A stretch of DNA of 64,000 nt from Trypanosoma brucei (taxonomy: Eukaryota): the NCBI GenBank assembly GCA_000002445.1, contig CP000066.1, positions 1,440,001 to 1,504,000 on the forward strand, read 5' to 3'. Below, one piece after another: positions 47,683 through 57,802 of the stretch (position 1 is its first letter; each line of letters starts with the position of its first letter). The notes under the pieces were generated by a model. It was not told where the DNA came from and ran no database searches. It saw only the letters and a program-made list of their open reading frames with translations. A program made the translations under genes and the position numbers.

Positions 47683-48201
47683 ATGTTATTCACCCGCTGT
47701 CTGCTAGCGGTCACGACAATCAACAGTAGCACGGCATCGGCAGCCGGCCGCCTTATTCGCATCAGGAAGAAGTCAAAATGGATTGACAGGAGAAGCAAGC
47801 GGATTCCGCATAACGGAAAGGATGTGTGGCAGTTTGGCGAACAACCCAGTTGCGCGCTATGCCACGTGCGGTTCAGGTTTAAGCAAGACTACGAGGCACA
47901 TAAGGAAAGTGAACTTCATCAAAACCGTCTGCGGTGGGTGGAGACTATGAAATGGTGGGAGGAAATCGGGGAACCCCACCATCAGCAGCACGCGGCATCG
48001 GAGTGGGAATGGTTCCGGCAGCGCGTTTTACCCGCTAAAGCCGCAGCAATGGGATTGTCAGAAGAGGATGCGGCGAGGGAATTGCGGCGTGCTGTTATGC
48101 ATGAGACACCTCGTTGGTACTCCCGCATCCAGCCCCCGAATGCCCGATCGGAGATAAAGGAACCGAGGGACCAGCGTTGGCCATCATCGCCGAAATGGTA
48201 G
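47683..48201 (+). CDS. Small U1/matrin-type C2H2 zinc-finger protein with a mitochondrial-looking presequence
   Basis: ATG at 47683. CALCHVRFRFKQDYEAHKESELH (nt ~47851-47925) fits C-x2-C-x12-H-x5-H. The N-terminus (MLFTRCLLAVTTINSSTASAAGRLIRIRKK) is basic and hydroxylated. Confidence 0.65.
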   Translation: MLFTRCLLAVTTINSSTASAAGRLIRIRKKSKWIDRRSKRIPHNGKDVWQFGEQPSCALCHVRFRFKQDYEAHKESELHQNRLRWVETMKWWEEIGEPHHQQHAASEWEWFRQRVLPAKAAAMGLSEEDAARELRRAVMHETPRWYSRIQPPNARSEIKEPRDQRWPSSPKW

Positions 48202-48666
48202 TGCTATTGGTAGCATTTTCGTTGTTTCATTTCGTAACCTCCTTGAGGGGTGGTGTTGTACGCTCTAACTCGAGGGTGCTGGCCAGCGCTTTTGCATACC
48301 TTCTCTTGAGTGGAGGAAACAACCTCTTCAGCACTGCTGTGCTCAACAACCGTACGATCTACTGGCAATGTTTGCTTTTCTGTTCTTTTTTTCTTTTGCA
48401 GCATTCACCAAATTCACTTACTCCTTCCTATTCAACGATTTCCCTATTGACGCCGGATTTCCCCCATTTGAAGGTCAGGTGGAAGTAGCGAAGGAACAAA
48501 AAGGAAAAATAAAGGAAGAAGAAAACAAGAAAAGACACCTCGAAGTGGCGGGACTTGTTTATTTCTTTGCCAGTTGTGCTGCCTCTACGAGTTACTGACA
48601 CAGCTTTCTTTTTCTAGTTTTTATTGTGTTTGTCGGCACTGTTGACGACCGAGGTGCAGCGCAGGG

Positions 48667-51600
48667 ATGGACGGTTATCTTCCTAACCTTACCAGGGAGA
48701 GTTTAAACATCCCTACGAGAGGGATTTCCGGTCAAAACCAATGGCGGACGGTGCGTCGTGTTTGCAACACTGCGAGCTCTCACGATGGTTATAAAAAAAT
48801 GCTTGAGGGTGTTCGAAGGCAATTCCTTGAACCAGCATATCAGGTGCCGGTATCACGACTACCTGATGTTCCGGTACCATGCCGCCCGCCGCCCTCCTCT
48901 TCCTCTCCCGGTCGTTTCTCGCGGAACCTTCAGTACACTGTGAAGGATCGAAAAATTGTGAAGAAGGAGGAGGAAGATATATGCAGCCCCTCACTGGAAG
49001 CACTGGAGGAAAATGGACGGCAGCACATCATTGTGAATGAAGTTTGGGAGCGGCAGGTTTTGAAGCAGATGATGATTGTCCGTTATGTTACATTTGTGCT
49101 CCGGGATGAGATACGCGACTTGGAGCTTGTTGAACGAGAGCAGCGTGGCACCATCGCCTTTGAGGAGGAGAAGGAGCGCTATTGGTTGCAACATGAATCT
49201 GATGCGAGCGTTCAACTCCGTGAATACAAGTTGGCACTTTCAGCTAAGAGGGAAAAGCAGAAGAGACTACAAGAGAACGAGGCGTTGTATCGTGCTCGAT
49301 CGTCAAGTTCTCCGTTTCCCATGAATGAATTCAAGATGGAACCTGATGCCCAGAAAATCCTTCAGGAGTATCTAAAGATGAAACATCTTGCAGACGACGG
49401 TGAAGGCCAGCCTCAAGAATGCCCCCATCCCCCACTCCGGAGGTCGCCGCAGCAGCAGCGATCAGCTGAGCGCTACAGGCGATTGATAGGTAAAGTTTCC
49501 AGTCACAATAACCCACCAGTGGTTCGTGTGCAACCACTCAGTAACGTATGCAATACCTTGGGTATTGCAGCTTATATGGGTCTTCTGGAGAAAGACTCGG
49601 AGAGCCGTAAAATGATTGAGGAGCGTGAGGAGGAGGAGTACAAACGCATCATGGAGCATTTTGAGGAGCAGTCCTCTCTACTGCTGACGTGGAAGCACAA
49701 ACGCCTGCACTTGGAGCGGCTTATTTATTGGAAAGCTCAGAGTGAGGAGCGCCGGCAAAAGGAGCAACTCAGGATTGAAATGGAGGTGCTGAGGCCTCGA
49801 AAGCAGATGGCAATGCCGCACGAGGAGTTGGCGGCGCAGGAGGAAGAATTCCGTAATATGCTCGGAGCTGAAGAAGGCACGCGGCGTGGGGATTTGTTGC
49901 AGCTGCACAACGAATACTTCATGCGCACAAAGGCAAAGGCATTAGGCAATGAGGAAATGAATCTGCGGGCCCATATTCTTCAAGAAGATATTGGGGTCCG
50001 AAAGCTTCTCGTCCAGGGCCTGGAAATTATATTGCGGCAGGGTATTTGCAAGGAATGGGAGCAGAATGTTGTGATGCTTGTGCCTGAGCAGATTCAGGCG
50101 CTGGCGAAACTAAATCGAGAATGGATTGAGCACGAGAAGCAGATTCTAACGATCCAGAGGGCAGTACGTAGCTTTCGCGCCGGTCGACTCGGGTGGCGTA
50201 TCACCCATTCTGAAATCGGTCGCATTATACAAAAGAAGCGCGATATCGCAAAGATTGATCGCGGCAAAAAGTCACTTTGCGAGTACAAGAATTATCTTGC
50301 CTCGGAGTTCGCCGCCGTCGAAGAGGAAGTACGCACACTTCATGCTAATGAACGTAATAAATTGTTTGATGTAGAGTACAACAGCCGAACGATCGTGTAT
50401 ACTGAGGAGGAATGGAATCGGGGCGTGCTGCGGCGTACCGAGCGACAGGATCTATACGACAGCGTGATAGTTCCACTTGTAACAAACTGTTTCTCCGCTG
50501 AGTTAGACGCCCGCCGTGAAATTGATGTTGAAGAGGAATTCGTTCGCGGAAGGATGTGCAATTTTTTCAACCGCCTCAGTAACATCATCCGGACAAAGAC
50601 GTACGTTCTGGGGCGTGAGGTGGAAGGACGTGCCGCCATCGAAAAGGATGAAAACAATTTTTTTTTTTCAATCCTCTGCATGGAGCTAGACGACCGCGAT
50701 TTGGTTCGCATAATGATGAAAGAAATCCAAGCACAAAAGGAAGAAGAGCTGTTCGCGCAGGCGTTGGTTCTGCTTGAGTCGCGGAAAGAGGAGGAGATGT
50801 ACATGTACGCACGCCTTACTAGACTTCATTATGAATTCAAACGTGAAAAACTGGAGATTGAAGCTTTGGACCCAAATCCTCGGGCATTAATTGCTCACAC
50901 TTTTTTGAACACTGCACTCTGTTTTTTCTGTGACGAATCGGTTAAGTTTCTTGAAAACTATGGGTCGCTTCTGGTAGAGCAACATTCTGAAATTGTATAT
51001 TTGTGCTGCGTTGCGATTACGGAGGAAAGGGAGGAGGAAGCTCGCCACCTCCTTGAGCGGTTGGAGAGTCGTGCATGGCCCGAAATAACTGATTGTGCTC
51101 ACCGGGAAATGAGTTCAAAACTTAGAAAGGAACTCCGAAATATAGGAGCCGCTAGCCGAATAAAAATTTTCTATAGGAAATACCGGAATGGTGATGTAGG
51201 AAGGTCAGGCATGCGGAAGCACCTTCGCGAAGCCTTTCGCGTAATGCGAGAGAAGGCAGAGCTGAAGGAGGTTTTTGACAGGCAGCGCATTGACGTTCAG
51301 GAGTGCAGGCACAACCTCCGTGATGCGGTCGCGATACAATCCTACTACACATACAGACGTATTGCTCTTGAGCTTAGTGTAGTCGAGAATAGAGCAGAAC
51401 CCCGCGGTCGCTCAGAGTTGGAGGGTCAGGAAGAGATGATGTTCAAAATGATTTTAAACTACTTTGAACCCCCTGCTGTCCCCATGGTAGATGCAGTAAC
51501 AATATTGTTGCACAGTGAGTCGCATGGTCGTATACGAATCAAAAAAGAGTGGCAGAAGGCTATTGAAAACGATTTTACAAGAAGAAAAGAGTGGTTTGAG

Positions 51601-54600
51601 AAGGATGTGTTGGCGATCATAACGCTGAGGAAGTGGCAAAAGTTTGCTGCAGTGAAGCGCAAGAGGACTTTCATAAAGGCCGAGCTAGAAAAGCTGGTTC
51701 TATCTGAACTTACACAGCGTCATGAATTAGAGTTAAACGAGACGAATGAGCGATTTATCGATATCGTTAAACCCATGGAGTACACCACACATCACCAAGC
51801 GTATCTGGATCAAGATGTGCCGCGTTTCTTAAACGAGATGTGCTTCGATATTGGTTTCCACCTTGGAATAAAAGAGGAAGAGTGGCAAAACCGCATGCTT
51901 TTGCTATGGAGGATGCGTAACAGTTACCACGAGAAAGAGCTGGAAACTGAAGAATTTGCTACCCGCGCCGCCCTACAACAGAGCAGTTTCTACGACGGTG
52001 TTGACTTAATTGAGGTTGTTTGCGACGAAAGTATCTTGCGAGCAGCACTCTGTGATGAGCGTAGATACTTCTTGATGCGAATACTGGCAAGGTTGGAAAG
52101 AGCTTCACGTGGGGATATTATCCACAGCTACGACATCCACTCGCTATGGATGCACGAATATACATGCAGAAAGGAACTCTACGTTGAATACATATATTCT
52201 CTCCACCATATTGCCCCGGAAAAGAACACAATACAACATACAAAGTGTTTGCTCATCGATGCTGAAATATCACACACCACAGAAGCAGAAGAAAGCTACG
52301 AAAAGTCTACAAATCACCAACCGCTCAACGACAATGCAGAGGACAATAATATAACATCCTCAGCAAATATAGTTGATCAAACAAACGCCACCCCTCAGGG
52401 ACCAATAGTTGACCAACCTGCAGAAGATCTCACCAAGGCTGAGGAGCTTGATGAACCTGTTGCTGATACTGAAGTAGCTGAGAAGGAGCCTACTGATTCT
52501 GAGGTGATCCCTGAAAAGGAAATTCCAGACACTGAAGCTGCGGCTGAGCAACCTGCAGAAGATCTCACCAAGGCTGAGGAGCTTGATGAACCTGTTGCTG
52601 ACACTGAAGTAGCTGAGAAGGAACCTACTGATTCTGAGGTGATCCTTGAAAAGCAAATTCCAGACACTGAAGCTGCGGCTGAGCAACCTGCAGAAGATCT
52701 CACCAAGGCTGAGGAGCTTGATGAACCTGTTGCTGACACTGAAGTAGCTGAGAAGGAGCCTACTGATTCTGAGGTGATCCCTGAAAAGGAAATTCCAGAC
52801 ACTGAAGCTGCGGCTGAGCAACCTGCAGAAGATCTCACCAAGGCTGAGGAGCTTGATGAACCTGTTGCTGACACTGAAGTAGCTGAGAAGGAACCTACTG
52901 ATTCTGAGGTGATCCCTGAAAAGCAAATTCCAGACACTGAAGCTGCGGCTGAGCAACCTGCAGAAGATCTCACCAAGGCTGAGGAGCTTGATGAACCTGT
53001 TGCTGACACTGAAGTAGCTGAGAAGGAACCTACTGATTCTGAGGTGATCCCTGAAAAGGAAATTCCAGACACTGAAGCTGCGGCTGAGCAACCTGCAGAA
53101 GATCTCACCAAGGCTGGGGAGCTTGATGAACCTGTTGCTGACACTGAAGTAGCTGAGAAGGAACCTACTGATTCTGAGGTGATCCCTGAAAAGGAAATTC
53201 CAGACACTGAAGCTGCGGCTGAGCAACCTGCAGAAGATCTCACCAAGGCTGAGGAGCTTGATGAACCTGTTGCTGACACTGAAGTAGCTGAGAAGGAGCC
53301 TACTGATTCTGAGGTGATCCTTGAAAAGGAAATTCCAGACGCTGAAGCTGCGGCTGAACAACCTGCAGAAGATCTCACCAAGGCTGAGGAGCTTGATGAA
53401 CCTGTTGCTGACACTGAAGTAGCTGAGAAGGAACCTACTGATTCTGAGGTGATCCTTGAAAAGGAAATTCCAGACACTGAAGCTGCGGCTGAGCAACCTG
53501 CAGAAGATCTCACCAAGGCTGAGGAGCTTGATGAACCTGCTGCTGACACTGAAGTAGCTGAGAAGGAACCTACTGATTCTGAGGTGATCCCTGAAAAGCA
53601 AATTCCAGACACTGAAGCTGCGGCTGAGCAACCTGCAGAAGATCTCACCAAGGCTGAGGAGCTTGATGAACCTGTTGCTGACACTGAAGTAGCTGAGAAG
53701 GAGCCTACTGATTCTGAGGTGATCCCTGAAAAGGAAATTCCAGACACTGAAGCTGCGGCTGAGCAACCTGCAGAAGATCTCACCAAGGCTGAGGAGCTTG
53801 ATGAACCTGTTGCTGACACTGAAGTAGCTGGGAAGGAACCTACTGATTCTGAGGTGATCCCTGAAAAGGAAATTCCAGACACTGAAGCTGCGGCTGAACA
53901 ACCTGCAGAAGATCTCACCAAGGCTGAGGAGCTTGATGAACCTGTTGCTGACACTGAAGTAGCTGAGAAGGAACCTACTGATTCTGAGGTGATCCCTGAA
54001 AAGGAAATTCCAGACACTGAAGCTGCGGCTGAACAACCTGCAGAAGATCTCACCAAGGCTGAGGAGCTTGATGAACCTGTTGCTGACACTGAAGTAGCTG
54101 AGAAGGAGCCTACTGATTCTGAGGTGATCCCTGAAAAGCAAATTCCAGACACTGAAGCTGCGGCTGAGCAACCTGCAGAAGATCTCACCAAGGCTGAGGA
54201 GCTTGATGAACCTGTTGCTGACACTGAAGTAGCTGAGAAGGAGCCTACTGATTCTGAGGTGATCCCTGAAAAGGAAATTCCAGACACTGAAGCTGCGGCT
54301 GAACAACCTGCAGAAGATCTCACCAAGGCTGAGGAGCTTGATGAACCTGCTGCTGACACTGAAGTAGCTGGGAAGGAACCTACTGATTCTGAGGTGATCC
54401 CTGAAAAGGAAATTCCAGACACTGAAGCTGCGGCTGAACAACCTGCAGAAGATCTCACCAAGGCTGAGGAGCTTGATGAACCTGTTGCTGACACTGAAGT
54501 AGCTGAGAAGGAACCTACTGATTCTGAGGTGATCCCTGAAAAGGAAATTCCAGACACTGAAGCTGCGGCTGAGCAACCTGCAGAAGATCTCACCAAGGCT

Positions 54601-55053
54601 GAGGAGCTTGATGAACCTGTTGCTGACACTGAAGTAGCTGAGAAGGAGCCTACTGATTCTGAGGTGATCCTTGAAAAGGAAATTCCAGACACTGAAGCTG
54701 CGGCTGAACAACCTGCAGAAGATCTCACCAAGGCTGAGGAGCTTGATGAACCTGTTGCTGACACTGAAGTAGCTGAGAAGGAGCCTACTGATTCTGAGGT
54801 GATCCCTGAAAAGCAAATTCCAGACACTGAAGCTGCGGCTGAACAACCTGCAGAAGATCTCACCAAGGCTGAGGAGCTTGATGAACCTGTTGCTGACACT
54901 GAAGTAGCTGAGAAGGAACCTACTGATTCTGAGGTGATCCCTGAAAAGCAAATTCCAGACACTGAAGCTGCGGCTGAGCAACCTGCAGAAGATCTCACCA
55001 AGGCTGAGGAGCTTGATGAACCTGCTGCTGATGCTGAAGTAGCTGAAATGTAG
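48667..55053 (+). CDS. Very large protein (2,128 aa): ~1,250-aa E/R/K-rich helical N-terminal region followed by ~19.5 tandem copies of an acidic 45-aa repeat
   Basis: ATG at 48667. A single ORF runs through the whole repeat array. The repeat unit is QPAEDLTKAEELDEPVADTEVAEKEPTDSEVIPEKEIPDTEAAAE. The stop codon lies inside a degenerate final copy (...EPAADAEVAEM*). Confidence 0.85.
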   Translation: MDGYLPNLTRESLNIPTRGISGQNQWRTVRRVCNTASSHDGYKKMLEGVRRQFLEPAYQVPVSRLPDVPVPCRPPPSSSSPGRFSRNLQYTVKDRKIVKKEEEDICSPSLEALEENGRQHIIVNEVWERQVLKQMMIVRYVTFVLRDEIRDLELVEREQRGTIAFEEEKERYWLQHESDASVQLREYKLALSAKREKQKRLQENEALYRARSSSSPFPMNEFKMEPDAQKILQEYLKMKHLADDGEGQPQECPHPPLRRSPQQQRSAERYRRLIGKVSSHNNPPVVRVQPLSNVCNTLGIAAYMGLLEKDSESRKMIEEREEEEYKRIMEHFEEQSSLLLTWKHKRLHLERLIYWKAQSEERRQKEQLRIEMEVLRPRKQMAMPHEELAAQEEEFRNMLGAEEGTRRGDLLQLHNEYFMRTKAKALGNEEMNLRAHILQEDIGVRKLLVQGLEIILRQGICKEWEQNVVMLVPEQIQALAKLNREWIEHEKQILTIQRAVRSFRAGRLGWRITHSEIGRIIQKKRDIAKIDRGKKSLCEYKNYLASEFAAVEEEVRTLHANERNKLFDVEYNSRTIVYTEEEWNRGVLRRTERQDLYDSVIVPLVTNCFSAELDARREIDVEEEFVRGRMCNFFNRLSNIIRTKTYVLGREVEGRAAIEKDENNFFFSILCMELDDRDLVRIMMKEIQAQKEEELFAQALVLLESRKEEEMYMYARLTRLHYEFKREKLEIEALDPNPRALIAHTFLNTALCFFCDESVKFLENYGSLLVEQHSEIVYLCCVAITEEREEEARHLLERLESRAWPEITDCAHREMSSKLRKELRNIGAASRIKIFYRKYRNGDVGRSGMRKHLREAFRVMREKAELKEVFDRQRIDVQECRHNLRDAVAIQSYYTYRRIALELSVVENRAEPRGRSELEGQEEMMFKMILNYFEPPAVPMVDAVTILLHSESHGRIRIKKEWQKAIENDFTRRKEWFEKDVLAIITLRKWQKFAAVKRKRTFIKAELEKLVLSELTQRHELELNETNERFIDIVKPMEYTTHHQAYLDQDVPRFLNEMCFDIGFHLGIKEEEWQNRMLLLWRMRNSYHEKELETEEFATRAALQQSSFYDGVDLIEVVCDESILRAALCDERRYFLMRILARLERASRGDIIHSYDIHSLWMHEYTCRKELYVEYIYSLHHIAPEKNTIQHTKCLLIDAEISHTTEAEESYEKSTNHQPLNDNAEDNNITSSANIVDQTNATPQGPIVDQPAEDLTKAEELDEPVADTEVAEKEPTDSEVIPEKEIPDTEAAAEQPAEDLTKAEELDEPVADTEVAEKEPTDSEVILEKQIPDTEAAAEQPAEDLTKAEELDEPVADTEVAEKEPTDSEVIPEKEIPDTEAAAEQPAEDLTKAEELDEPVADTEVAEKEPTDSEVIPEKQIPDTEAAAEQPAEDLTKAEELDEPVADTEVAEKEPTDSEVIPEKEIPDTEAAAEQPAEDLTKAGELDEPVADTEVAEKEPTDSEVIPEKEIPDTEAAAEQPAEDLTKAEELDEPVADTEVAEKEPTDSEVILEKEIPDAEAAAEQPAEDLTKAEELDEPVADTEVAEKEPTDSEVILEKEIPDTEAAAEQPAEDLTKAEELDEPAADTEVAEKEPTDSEVIPEKQIPDTEAAAEQPAEDLTKAEELDEPVADTEVAEKEPTDSEVIPEKEIPDTEAAAEQPAEDLTKAEELDEPVADTEVAGKEPTDSEVIPEKEIPDTEAAAEQPAEDLTKAEELDEPVADTEVAEKEPTDSEVIPEKEIPDTEAAAEQPAEDLTKAEELDEPVADTEVAEKEPTDSEVIPEKQIPDTEAAAEQPAEDLTKAEELDEPVADTEVAEKEPTDSEVIPEKEIPDTEAAAEQPAEDLTKAEELDEPAADTEVAGKEPTDSEVIPEKEIPDTEAAAEQPAEDLTKAEELDEPVADTEVAEKEPTDSEVIPEKEIPDTEAAAEQPAEDLTKAEELDEPVADTEVAEKEPTDSEVILEKEIPDTEAAAEQPAEDLTKAEELDEPVADTEVAEKEPTDSEVIPEKQIPDTEAAAEQPAEDLTKAEELDEPVADTEVAEKEPTDSEVIPEKQIPDTEAAAEQPAEDLTKAEELDEPAADAEVAEM
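52414..55053 (+). repeat. 135-nt coding tandem repeat, ~19.5 copies, >97% identical
   Basis: The period was measured directly: caacctgcagaagatctcacc recurs at 52414, 52549, 52684 and so on. Copies differ only at a few positions (gag/gaa; E/Q in EKEIP vs EKQIP; P/L in IPEK vs ILEK; V/A in VADT vs AADT; E/G in AEKE vs AGKE). Confidence 0.97.
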
Positions 55054-56088
55054 TTGATTATCTTTAAAATTTTGATTGTTGGTAATATTTGTGACGTTGC
55101 TTGTCTTTTATTTTGATTTTTTTGCAAAATTTCTTATTGTTTTTTGTAGAAATTTGAATAATTTTGTATTTTGAATTCTGTTGTCCAGGTTTGTAAACCT
55201 TTTTTTAAAAGTTTTTACTTTCTGCTGTTATGTCTTTCTGGTTATATATGTATTTTGTATTCCCTTTACTTTGGTTATCTTTTGGTTGAAAGGGTAGAGG
55301 GTGGAGATATGTAAATATATGCGTGTGTGTGTGAATAGAATTTTTGTAGGTTTTTGTGGTCGAATTTGTTTCTTGATGAGTTTTTTTTTGTTAAAAAAGT
55401 GTTTCTGTAATGATATCATGTTTTTTTGTGTCTTTACTGAGGTGCTGTGAGAGTGTTGTGCTTTATGGTATTTAGGTTTTTTTGTGGTTGTGTGAATTGT
55501 GTGAATGTTTGTCTTTTCAGTTGGTCGGCGAATTGAGTTTCTAGTGGGTTTGTTCTCCACATTCTATGTAAATTATTTTCGGTGTTTCTTTCCAATCGGA
55601 AAATTATTCTTGTTTAATGTTTTATGTACTGCTTTGACTGTTAAATTTTTTTTGCAATGATTGCTCAATTTTTTGTCCTCCATTTTCTCCCCGATTAACA
55701 TTAGATTTACTTTGAGGAGATATTAGTTTGTGCGCACTAATTTGGTTGGTAGTAGGCACATTTGTAGAGGGAAGGGATAAAGGGCTATTATTTTTTTTTG
55801 TTTTTTTGACAGGATCTCCGCGTGTGTGAGGGGACCAACCTAAAGTTGTAAGAGAGCAGTGAGTTAAGCAACCGAGAGGGAGATTAGGGACGCTATCACT
55901 AACCAGGATAGCCATATATATTATTAGTGTGATTTTGAAGGCTACGTTACCCCAGATACAACAAGCTGTGAGAAAGGAGGAAAGTTCTGCAAAGGGAGAA
56001 GTATATATACCCCTTCCTTCGTCCTTTACTATTTTCTTGTTTGTTTTTATACGCCTCTGAAGGTGAGGGCTAGGGACGTTGTGCTCCA

Positions 56089-57300
56089 ATGGATGAAGAT
56101 GTGGTGCAAATCTTTATGGCAATGTGTGATTGCAGTGAAACTGTGGCAATAAGCCTCTTATCAGAGGCTAACTTTGATGTGGATTATGCCTACCATCTCC
56201 ATATGTCGCGTACCCAAGGGGCTGATGAAAGTGTTACTTCACTTCACGGCACTTCCCCACAAGGAGAAGCACCTCATTTACAGGAACCTGAATTACCGCA
56301 TGCCTCTTACGTAGTGAACCGGCTTGATGGTGGTGGTGGCTACGTGGGTGGTAATTACCCTCACGAACGGGATTTTTTGCTTGATGAAGTGGAAAGTGAG
56401 CAGGATCTACTGGATTCAGTGTTCCCTATACCAGCTTTTGTCCACCGCAGTCCCGAACCCTTTGATACTTTTTGCACTGATTCCTTAAATAGAGACCAGT
56501 GGGTTATTTTGAGTTTTGTTTTGAATGATTTTACGGGGTTTTGTGTCAACAGAGACATTTGGCGGTCGGAAGATTTATTAGAGGTTCTTAGTATGTTTTC
56601 AATATATCAAACCACCGCCGATGTAGGTGAGGGACCCGGGCTTGCGCACGGCTATCGCCTCGACGTGGAAAAAGATATTCCAACTCTCCTTATAATCAAT
56701 CCAATAACACGTGTAAAGGAGACGCGAATACCTATAAATGTCCATGAAGCGACCATTGAGAGTTATGAGGTTAAAAATGCTCTTCTCACCTTTGTTGGTG
56801 AGAAGGGCTCGCCAAATCAGTGGGAGGAATGCAGGCTGCGAGGAACATATGAAAACGCATCCCCCGTTTTGCATACAGAAAATTCGAGAGAGTACGTGGA
56901 TGTTGAAGAAACGAGCATTCCATTTTCTGAACCAGAGGCAGGACGCCGTGATGAGGCAAATGAAGGGGTTGTAGCACAACCACCACAAATATTGGCTGTT
57001 GATATCAGTCCCTACGAAGTCCCTGCAGAAGTGGGAAGTGCCTTTACTTTGCGCTGCCGCTTGCCCAAGGAACAGTTAACGTTGCGCCTTAAACCTGAGA
57101 TGCCCGTTCTACTTTTATTGAAATATCTTTCCACCCGGTTGTACTTTAGCCAGTCAACCGCCTTTCCCGGAGGTGTCCCAAATTGCTCACTAAGGGTTGG
57201 TTTCCCTCCGAAAGATCTTATTGTGGAAGACGGTGAGGTTCAGCTTGGAACTTGTCCGGGGTTAAGATCAGGAGATACAGTGGTTCTTCACATCCATTGA
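56089..57300 (+). CDS. UBX-domain protein with an N-terminal UBA-like domain (probable p97/VCP adaptor)
   Basis: ATG at 56089. The N-terminal MDEDVVQIFMAMCDCSETVAISLLSEANFDVDYAY resembles the UBA-like domain of UBX proteins. The C-terminal ~85 aa (TLRCRLPKEQLTLRLKPEMPVLLLLKYL...GFPPKDLIVEDGEVQLG...VVLHIH) has the UBX beta-grasp pattern, including the F-P-x loop. Confidence 0.7.
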   Translation: MDEDVVQIFMAMCDCSETVAISLLSEANFDVDYAYHLHMSRTQGADESVTSLHGTSPQGEAPHLQEPELPHASYVVNRLDGGGGYVGGNYPHERDFLLDEVESEQDLLDSVFPIPAFVHRSPEPFDTFCTDSLNRDQWVILSFVLNDFTGFCVNRDIWRSEDLLEVLSMFSIYQTTADVGEGPGLAHGYRLDVEKDIPTLLIINPITRVKETRIPINVHEATIESYEVKNALLTFVGEKGSPNQWEECRLRGTYENASPVLHTENSREYVDVEETSIPFSEPEAGRRDEANEGVVAQPPQILAVDISPYEVPAEVGSAFTLRCRLPKEQLTLRLKPEMPVLLLLKYLSTRLYFSQSTAFPGGVPNCSLRVGFPPKDLIVEDGEVQLGTCPGLRSGDTVVLHIH

Positions 57301-57802
57301 TGTTAGCTGGAAGATGGCAATGCTAGTGTTAGCGATAGGCAACACAATTTTTGAGGTTAACCATCATTATTATTTCTATGTGGTAGCTGTTGCAAACGCT
57401 TATGTTTTTGTTTGAGAGGGGGGGGAGGCCCAACTCTCATTCATTTGAGCAACCTTCTTCTCTGTGCGTGGGTATTTTGCATCTGGAAGGTCGTGAGAAT
57501 TTTTTTCCGCTCACGTTCACGGGTGGTTTCACATCGTGGCCAACACCCCTCCCCTCCCTCCCCTACGCGCGCTCACTGACTGTAATGTTATCATCTTTCC
57601 GTCGATCACTGTTATCATTATTATTTTGTACATCTTACCCTCTCTGCCGTATCGAGCGGCGTTTAATTACTAAACCCATTCTCCTTCGCCCCTTCCCCAC
57701 CCTTATACCTTTTTTTTTTGTGAATCCCATGCAAATTGTGCTCCCTGAATTGAAGGGATATTTACTCAAGGTTGTGGACAAAATTGCTCCCTCCAACTTG
57801 TA

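Noticed and set aside
52360-55127. Two very long minus-strand ORFs (873 and 910 aa) antisense to the repeat array
   Set aside because: They exist only because the 135-nt unit lacks stop codons in those frames and is copied ~19.5 times. Their 'proteins' are the same 45-aa antisense unit repeated. The sense strand has a coherent, ATG-initiated N-terminal domain flowing into the array.
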